Assembly: GCA_964514595.1 (NCBI GenBank)
Contig: CAZEQZ010000002.1
Location: 185,663 to 249,662, forward strand
Source: an uncultured Candidatus Saccharibacteria bacterium
GTDB lineage: Bacteria; Patescibacteriota; Dojkabacteria; SC72
Direction: 5' to 3'
Length of the DNA: 64,000 bases
Shown: positions 57,861-64,000 of the stretch, in pieces
Layout: every line of letters starts with the position of its first letter
Position numbering within the stretch: position 1 is the first letter of the stretch
Notes under the pieces: generated by a model
Seen by the model: only the letters and a program-made list of their open reading frames with translations
Databases searched by the model: none
Told to the model about the DNA's origin: nothing
Translations under genes and position numbers: made by a program

Positions 57861-59685
57861 AGAAGTTGGTATAATCAACGCTATGAACAAAACTCATACG
57901 TACAAAGAAATAAGAGATAAATATATTGAATTTTTCAAAGAGAAAGGTCATGCTGTAATCCCAAGTGCATCCTTAGTACCTGAAGATGACCCTTCTGTAC
58001 TTTTTGTAAATGCTGGGATGTTTCCTCTTGTCCCATTTCTAAAGGGAGAAAAACACCCCAAGGGGAATAGATTAACAAATTCACAGAGATGTATAAGAAC
58101 TGGAGATATAGAAGAGGTAGGAAACAAATATCACTGTACTGCATTTGAGATGTTGGGGAACTGGTCACTAAACGATTATTTTAAAAGAGAAGCTATATCA
58201 TACTCTGTGGAATTTTTTGTTAAAGAGCTTGGATTAGATATTAATCATATCTACGCATCTGTCTTTGGAGGAGAGGACGGGATACCAGAAGATGAAGTTT
58301 CCATATCCGTATGGAAAGAAATATTTAAAGAGTACGGTATAGATGCCAAAGTTGGTCCAAATGAAAGAATTCAGAAATTTGGCAAAAAAGAAAATTGGTG
58401 GGGACTAGAATCTGGAGGACCTTGTGGACCTGATTCAGAGATTTTCTTTGATACTGAAAAAGAGAAATGTTCTGATGAGTGTAATGTGTCTTGTAATTGT
58501 GGTAAATATGTAGAGATTGGAAATAATGTCTTTATGGAGTATCTCAAACAGGGAGATGAACTTAAACCATTAGGTAGACATAATGTGGATTTTGGTGGTG
58601 GTTTGGAAAGAATCACTGCGCTAATTCAAAATGTGAACAGTGTATACGATATTGACATATACAAGCCCATACTAGAGAAAGTAAGAGGTATTTCTAAAAC
58701 AGATGATATTAGATCCCAGAGGATAATAGTAGATCATATGAAGGCTTCGTGTTTAATAGTAATGGATGGAATTGTTCCTGGAAGAAATCAACAGGGATAT
58801 ATCTTAAGAAGATTGATAAGAAGAGCAGTCAGACACGGCAAAAAACTTGGCATAGAGAAACCCTTTACAAAGGAAATAGCATTAGCTGTTATAGAACAAT
58901 TTTCTAAAATATATGATGATTTGGAAATTAAGAAAGAGCAAATAATAAAAATCATAGAGGATGAGGAAGTTAAATTTAACAGAACAATAGAAAGTGGTCT
59001 TCGAGAACTAGATAGACTACTTGAAAAAGAAAGTGGTGTTGACGGAGCAGTAGCTTTTCAATTATACGAGACATACGGACTACCCCTAGAGGTCACTGAG
59101 GAGATACTCCAAGAAAAAAACTTAAATCTTAATAATCGAGACACCTTTTTTGAATCTGAGAGAGAACATCAAGAAAAATCTAGAACATCTTCTAAAGGCA
59201 TGTTCAAAGGAGGATTATCTGACACCTCAGATATGTCTACCAAATACCACACTGCAACTCACCTACTTCTTGCATCGCTAAGGAAAGTATTAGGGGATCA
59301 CATCTATCAAATGGGAAGCAATATCACACCAGAGAGATTAAGATTAGATTTCCCAAATGAAACTAAACTAACACCAGAAGAAATAACGAAAGTAGAGAAC
59401 TTGGTAAATGAGACTGTCGATAAGGGCTTAGATATTACATATGAAGAGAAAAGTAAGGATGAAGCTTTAGAAATTATTCAGAAATACTCCTCCACAGCAT
59501 CATTTACTGAAAGATATGGAGATATTCTAAAAGTCTACTATGTTGGACCTAAGGAAGATCCATTTTCGGTAGAGATATGTAATGGCCCTCATGTTGAAAA
59601 TACCAAAGAGCTTGGGAAATTAAAAATCACTAAGCAAGAGAACGTAGGGGCAGGAATTAAGAGAATAAAAGCTGTGTTAGAATAA
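57853..59685 (+). CDS. alaS: Alanine--tRNA ligase, short form (610 aa; catalytic, tRNA-recognition and editing HxxxH region, no C-Ala domain)
   Basis: FEMLGNWSLNDYFK class-II AlaRS signature. Editing-domain TATHLLLASLRKVLGDH. It terminates about 260 aa earlier than canonical AlaRS. Confidence 0.85.
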   Translation: MNREVGIINAMNKTHTYKEIRDKYIEFFKEKGHAVIPSASLVPEDDPSVLFVNAGMFPLVPFLKGEKHPKGNRLTNSQRCIRTGDIEEVGNKYHCTAFEMLGNWSLNDYFKREAISYSVEFFVKELGLDINHIYASVFGGEDGIPEDEVSISVWKEIFKEYGIDAKVGPNERIQKFGKKENWWGLESGGPCGPDSEIFFDTEKEKCSDECNVSCNCGKYVEIGNNVFMEYLKQGDELKPLGRHNVDFGGGLERITALIQNVNSVYDIDIYKPILEKVRGISKTDDIRSQRIIVDHMKASCLIVMDGIVPGRNQQGYILRRLIRRAVRHGKKLGIEKPFTKEIALAVIEQFSKIYDDLEIKKEQIIKIIEDEEVKFNRTIESGLRELDRLLEKESGVDGAVAFQLYETYGLPLEVTEEILQEKNLNLNNRDTFFESEREHQEKSRTSSKGMFKGGLSDTSDMSTKYHTATHLLLASLRKVLGDHIYQMGSNITPERLRLDFPNETKLTPEEITKVENLVNETVDKGLDITYEEKSKDEALEIIQKYSSTASFTERYGDILKVYYVGPKEDPFSVEICNGPHVENTKELGKLKITKQENVGAGIKRIKAVLE

Positions 59686-59688
59686 AAT

Positions 59689-60129
59689 ATGGAAGAGTAC
59701 CCAATCCTAGCTATAGATTATGGAGAGAAGAATTTTGGTCTTGCAATATCAGACTCTAAAGGAATTATGGCCACACCACTAGATACAGTCTCCATAACGA
59801 AGAAAAGAGATATTAATTTTGTGATACAAGACATATTAAGACTCTGCGAAGAGTACAATGTGAAAGGAATACTGGTAGGAAAGCCTCAAGTATTTAGTGA
59901 AAATCAAGAAAAAACTGAGAAAAAAATTTCTAAATTTATATCACTGCTCAAAAACAGTACCAATATACCACTTAATACATACGATGAAAGCTTTTCTACA
60001 ACTGAAGCTCAAAATGTGTTAACATCTTCTGGACAGAATTACAAAAGCTACAAGAACAAGATTGACAGTGTAGCTGCTACAGTATTTTTACAAGAATTTC
60101 TAAATTCAAAAAACAAAAAAAATGAATGA
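59689..60129 (+). CDS. ruvX: Holliday-junction resolvase-like YqgF/RuvX
   Basis: ILAIDYGEKNFGLAISD... RNase H-like N-terminus; 146 aa. Confidence 0.8.
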   Translation: MEEYPILAIDYGEKNFGLAISDSKGIMATPLDTVSITKKRDINFVIQDILRLCEEYNVKGILVGKPQVFSENQEKTEKKISKFISLLKNSTNIPLNTYDESFSTTEAQNVLTSSGQNYKSYKNKIDSVAATVFLQEFLNSKNKKNE

Positions 60130-61132
60130 GAGGAAAGGTTCTTCATCCAAAATTTTAATTTTTTTAGTATTACTAACCTTCGTACTAATTGGAGTACTCA
60201 AATTGGACTATGATAGGTCTCTTAAAAAATCTAGTAGTGAAAGCTCGGAAAAAGTTGTAATAGAGGTAACAGAAGGTGAGAGTGTAGATAATATACTCAA
60301 ATCCCTAATAGATAACGAACTAATACAAAAAAAATACCTCTACTACACCAAGCTTTATCTCAAAATCAATAACTTGGGAAGTAAGCTTCAGGCTGGGACA
60401 TATGAACTCCCAAAAAATTTAAGTATTATAGAGCTCATTGACACCTTGCAATTTGGGAGAAGTCAAGATGTTTGGGTCTCCATACCCGAGGGATTAAGGA
60501 AAGATGAGATAGCAGATATAGTTGCTACAGAATTAGGAAGATACAATACATCCTCTTTTTATCAAAGTGATTTCCTCTCTTTGACTACAGACTCTTCATT
60601 CATTAGTACACTTGACCTGCCTATACAAATTACTGATTTAGAAGGTTTTCTTTTTCCAGACAAGTATGCACTTCCAAAGGATGCAAATACTGAGTTTGTT
60701 CTAAGAATGTTGGTAGACAATTTTAAGAGGAAGGTAGGGGAAAACTATACCTATCAAGATATTATCTTGGCAAGTATTGTTGAGAGAGAGGGCTTTAATG
60801 GAAATGACAGACCAATAATAGCTGGAATCATTATTAAGAGATTTAATGAAGGTTGGCTACTTCAAACGGATGCAACGCTTCTCTATCCTGTTAAAGATTG
60901 GAAGCATGCCATTACCGTTGTAGACAAAGAAGATGATAATCCATACAACACATACAAACGAATTGGATTGCCTCCGACACCAATATGTAACCCAGGATTG
61001 CAATCTATAGAGGCGGTATGGAATCCTACGGAAACAAACTACTATTACTACATACACGACAAAGACAGAAATCCCCACTACGGTGCAACATTAAGTGAAC
61101 ACAATGCTAACGTAAATAAATATCTTAGATAG
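60122..61132 (+). CDS. mltG: Endolytic murein transglycosylase MltG (YceG family)
   Basis: N-terminal TM. LQAGTYELPKNLS, YNTYKRIGLPPTPICNPG. Confidence 0.85.
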   Translation: MNERKGSSSKILIFLVLLTFVLIGVLKLDYDRSLKKSSSESSEKVVIEVTEGESVDNILKSLIDNELIQKKYLYYTKLYLKINNLGSKLQAGTYELPKNLSIIELIDTLQFGRSQDVWVSIPEGLRKDEIADIVATELGRYNTSSFYQSDFLSLTTDSSFISTLDLPIQITDLEGFLFPDKYALPKDANTEFVLRMLVDNFKRKVGENYTYQDIILASIVEREGFNGNDRPIIAGIIIKRFNEGWLLQTDATLLYPVKDWKHAITVVDKEDDNPYNTYKRIGLPPTPICNPGLQSIEAVWNPTETNYYYYIHDKDRNPHYGATLSEHNANVNKYLR

Positions 61133-61145
61133 ATATTAAAAGAAA

Positions 61146-62591
61146 ATGACTATAGATATTGATCTAAAAGATAGTAAATTGGATGATAAAATAAAGATTC
61201 CAAAGAGCTCAAGGAAGAAAAATATCACTCCCCTTTCTACCGAAGAAAAAATCAAAAGAAGAAAAAAAAGAGTTACTCTATTTCTTTTTTCACTCTCTTT
61301 TTTCATCATTCTAGGAATAGGCTTTCTTGTATATAAGGGATATATATTTTCAAAGGGGATAGGTTTTAAATTTGACCCAACCTCTTTGATTTCTGCACAA
61401 AACAAGGAACTGAAGAAAGATTCATCCGGCCAATATACTAATATGCTACTTGTTGGTATAGATACTAGAGAAAGTGGAGGATTACTCAATACTGATACTA
61501 TAATACTTGCTTCATATGACCATACTAATCACGACATCACTATGCTATCAATACCACGAGACTTCCATGTCGAAGTTTCAAAAGATACTGCTTGGTATGT
61601 GAGAATCAATAGTATATATGCCAGCGCAGAAGGGAAAGAGAAAGACTCTGGAATGGATGCCTTGGTTGGTAGTGTAGAGAGATTAACTGGACAAGATATT
61701 CAGTACTACGCTATGGTAGATTTTAGAGCATTTGTAGAGATAATAGATGCCGTAGGAGGGATAGACGTAAATGTGGAAAACAGCTTTACGGACTATATGT
61801 ACCCCAAAGGACTAGGATATATGACTGTGACATTCAAGGCTGGTCCACAAACTATGGATGGTGAGACAGCACTCATATACTCAAGATCTAGACATGCACA
61901 ACAAAACAATGAAGGAACCGATTTCGCAAGAGCACGAAGACAACAGAAGGTCATCATAGCACTTAAGGAAAAGATTTCCACAAATGCTTCTTTTTCAGAC
62001 CCTAAAACATTGATGAGTATAGTATCCTCTATTGCTGGGAATATCAAAGTATCCGAATTTACAATAAAGGACATAGAGGCAGCATTTGAGTTATCAAAAA
62101 AATATGACGAAGCCGAAGGTAGTGTGTTTTCTTTTGTACTAGATCCAAGTAGTGGAGGTGGCCTAATAGTAGATAGAAAGAACATGGAAAGTGGAGCCTA
62201 TGCAATTGGACCTAAGCTTGGATTTGGGAAGTACGATGATATACAAGAATTCATTTCCCTAATTAGAAAAAATCCAAAACTGTATTCAGAGGATCCCAAA
62301 ATTGTTGTGTATGACACAGGATTAGGTTTCCAAAAAGCCAAGGAACAAGTAGAGGAACTTAAGGATGAATTCCCATATCTAAACATTACATTCGCAGGAA
62401 CACTATTCAGAGATAAAGAGGGAATAGTAATATACCCAAAGGAGGAGGAAGAGAAATTAGAAAGTATCAAAATGTTAAGTGAATTCTTCAATACAAAACT
62501 TAATGAAAAACCTGAATACATCACTTCAAATCTGAATGGTCAAGATGTTACAATCTTATTAGGTAAAAGTATTCAATTAAACGAAGAATAA
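61146..62591 (+). CDS. LytR-CpsA-Psr (LCP) family cell-wall polymer transferase with C-terminal accessory domain
   Basis: TM. LLVGIDTRESGGLLNTDTIILASYDHTNHDITMLSIPRDFHVEV, then RSRHA...GTDFARARRQQKV. Confidence 0.85.
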   Translation: MTIDIDLKDSKLDDKIKIPKSSRKKNITPLSTEEKIKRRKKRVTLFLFSLSFFIILGIGFLVYKGYIFSKGIGFKFDPTSLISAQNKELKKDSSGQYTNMLLVGIDTRESGGLLNTDTIILASYDHTNHDITMLSIPRDFHVEVSKDTAWYVRINSIYASAEGKEKDSGMDALVGSVERLTGQDIQYYAMVDFRAFVEIIDAVGGIDVNVENSFTDYMYPKGLGYMTVTFKAGPQTMDGETALIYSRSRHAQQNNEGTDFARARRQQKVIIALKEKISTNASFSDPKTLMSIVSSIAGNIKVSEFTIKDIEAAFELSKKYDEAEGSVFSFVLDPSSGGGLIVDRKNMESGAYAIGPKLGFGKYDDIQEFISLIRKNPKLYSEDPKIVVYDTGLGFQKAKEQVEELKDEFPYLNITFAGTLFRDKEGIVIYPKEEEEKLESIKMLSEFFNTKLNEKPEYITSNLNGQDVTILLGKSIQLNEE

Positions 62592-62592
62592 A

Positions 62593-63534
62593 GTGAAATA
62601 TAAACTGTATCATGGTACATCTCCATATCTGTCCCTCAGGGCAGTACACACATATATAGATGGCATAGCAAAAAAATCTCCCTCTGCTGTCCTCACCCTA
62701 CTCGAAGCAGATACACTCAAACCAAAAGATATTGTCGATTCAATATCTTCCCCTTCGCTCTTCTCATCAAAAAGAATTATCTTTCTAAAAAGAGTCTACA
62801 AAAATAAAGAAAAAAGTATTCTCATTGAGAAGATATTAGAGCTTTTAGGAAATGGAAATTCTGAAGATGTTTTGATTATTTGGGAGGATCAAAAAATTAA
62901 ATCTAATACAAAGTACTATAAATTTTTTAAAGAAAGGAGAGCACTGGAGGAAATAGAAGATCTGAATAAAAGAACTTTCCTTACATGGTTAAGACAGGAA
63001 TTAGAATTAAATGAATTGAAGATAGACCCTGTTGCTGTTAAAGAATTTGCTGAAAGAACAAATTACGACCCTGAGAGATGTGCAAGCGAAATAAAAAAGT
63101 TCAAACTAAATCATGAATCAAAAATCATACGAAAGGAAGACATAGAGGAATTAATTGCGGACACACTAGAAAGAGACATTTGGGATCTAACAGATGCAAT
63201 AAACGAAGGAAATAAGGTTGAGAGCATGCAAATATTAGAGAAATTAAACCAACAATTTGTGGATGTTAATTACATAATATCTATGCTAGCAAGAAATCTT
63301 AGATTAATAACATTGACCAAATCTCTTAACGAAGATGGAACAGATTATAGAAAAATATCTTCTATTCTCAAAATTCCCCCATTTACTACTCCATCATTAG
63401 TGAAATCTTCTAAGAAATACACTGAGGAAAGAATCAGTAGATTGTACTCCAAATTATCCAATTTAGATTATCAAATTAAAACCGGTAAAATAGATGGAAA
63501 TCTTGGGCTCACACTTATTTGCCCCTACCTCTAA
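62593..63534 (+). CDS. holA: DNA polymerase III delta subunit (probable)
   Basis: A 313-aa protein. N-terminal clamp-loader-like fold (SLFSSKRIIFLKRV), a central DIWDLTDAINEGN helix typical of delta, and a C-terminal helical domain. Confidence 0.55.
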   Translation: MKYKLYHGTSPYLSLRAVHTYIDGIAKKSPSAVLTLLEADTLKPKDIVDSISSPSLFSSKRIIFLKRVYKNKEKSILIEKILELLGNGNSEDVLIIWEDQKIKSNTKYYKFFKERRALEEIEDLNKRTFLTWLRQELELNELKIDPVAVKEFAERTNYDPERCASEIKKFKLNHESKIIRKEDIEELIADTLERDIWDLTDAINEGNKVESMQILEKLNQQFVDVNYIISMLARNLRLITLTKSLNEDGTDYRKISSILKIPPFTTPSLVKSSKKYTEERISRLYSKLSNLDYQIKTGKIDGNLGLTLICPYL

Positions 63535-63567
63535 ACTGGTAAAGAGCAAATTCGTAAAAACTTCGTA

Positions 63568-63596
63568 TTGACACTAGATTACTATTAAACTAAACT
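63568..63596 (+). promoter_or_regulatory. Sigma-70-like promoter: TTGACA -N17- TAAACT upstream of the last gene
   Basis: Exact -35 consensus at 63568-63573, a 17-nt spacer, and a -10-like TAAACT at 63591-63596. It lies about 30 nt upstream of the ATG at 63627. Confidence 0.45.
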
Positions 63597-63626
63597 TTAT
63601 TAATGCAATAAGTTTTGACTGCCCTT

Positions 63627-64000
63627 AATGGAAGAGGTTAGAAGAGTTACTACTACACGAAAACCAAAGAGAAGAACCGTAATATTATTAACCTTAGTTG
63701 GGATATTGGGGCTTGGATTAATAGGGGCTGCAATATATTTCTATGCAATTGGTGATACTTCTGACAGTACAACCACCTCCGAAACCACCTGTGCCTGTTA
63801 CTACATAGACCCCTCTGTCATATCCGAATGTGGAGATCCAAGAAGAGGCTTTATGTTTGAAACAGCTACAGTCACTGGAGATCAGGTTTGTAGAGCTTCT
63901 TGTGCTACTAACAAACTCTCTGTAAATCTACTTAACAGTAATACTAAACAAGATCTATACCAAATATGTCAAATACAGAGTGTACAAGATAAAAGATGTT
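63627..64000 (+). CDS. Membrane-anchored hypothetical protein, partial (runs off window end)
   Basis: The ORF is open from ATG 63627 to the window end. A basic N-terminus is followed by the TM VILLTLVGILGLGLIGAAIYFYAI and then a Cys-rich segment. Confidence 0.4.

Noticed and set aside
1-64000. Alternative genetic code (UGA recoding as in some Patescibacteria lineages)
   Set aside because: All conserved ribosomal, EF and polymerase ORFs are full-length with standard stops. There are no in-frame TGA interruptions that would require recoding.
1-64000. Prophage or integrative element
   Set aside because: No integrase, terminase, capsid, portal or tail genes and no tRNA-adjacent attachment site were seen. 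The only mobile-element signature is the single IS200/RAYT-type gene.

Overview
This is a low-GC (about one third G+C), gene-dense bacterial window with very short intergenic spacers. Its gene content fits a streamlined Patescibacteria/CPR-like genome, but that is inference from content, not a database hit. All ORFs read through with the standard code, so there is no sign of UGA recoding.

Ribosomal superoperon and flanking translation genes (minus strand, about 4.2-25.3 kb). From fusA the order is fusA, an inserted CDP-alcohol phosphatidyltransferase gene, tuf, rpsJ, rplC, rplD, rplW, rplB, rpsS, rplV, rpsC, rplP, rpsQ, rplN, rplX, rplE, rpsN, rpsH, rplF, rplR, rpsE, rplO, secY, an antisense IS200/RAYT-type transposase, adk, infA, rpmJ, rpsM, rpsK, rpsD, rpoA, rplQ, rplM, rpsI. 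rpmD (L30), rpmC (L29), map and rpsL-rpsG are missing from their canonical positions. S5, L24 (zinc ribbon) and L17 carry lysine-rich extensions.

A bacterial type-A RNase P RNA (rnpB, minus strand, about 4215-4512) is not in the ORF track. It overlaps the artefactual N-terminus of ORF 3526..4305.

Other core genes include a nusA-infB-rpsO-pnp operon without rimP/rbfA/truB, dnaJ, a UvrD/PcrA helicase, rsmE, an RsmB-family methyltransferase, a short alaS, ruvX, mltG, an LCP-family protein and holA.

An accessory block at about 29.9-43.1 kb encodes seven consecutive minus-strand secreted, surface or membrane proteins. One is a 1129-aa cysteine-rich giant protein. It and its 618-aa paralogue each begin with a membrane anchor followed by a domain resembling the N-terminal fibronectin-like domain of purple acid phosphatases (PAP-N-type, Fn3-like). 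The 618-aa protein also has a Pro/Thr linker and a C-terminal anchor. The remaining five are a 480-aa secreted Cys-rich protein, a TrbL/VirB6-like polytopic membrane protein, an 849-aa protein with C-terminal membrane helices and an HExxH metalloprotease-like motif, a bitopic membrane protein, and a secreted protein with a degenerate PGRP-like domain plus SH3b. No T4SS ATPase is present. I interpret the block as a candidate novel cell-surface or host-interaction module.

A second envelope neighbourhood at about 51.4-57.9 kb holds a protein with dockerin-like repeats, a sortase, an orphan solute-binding protein and a surface protein with Ig/cadherin-like domains.

The left edge carries a partial GAF-containing sensor histidine kinase and a SAM-methyltransferase fusion protein.
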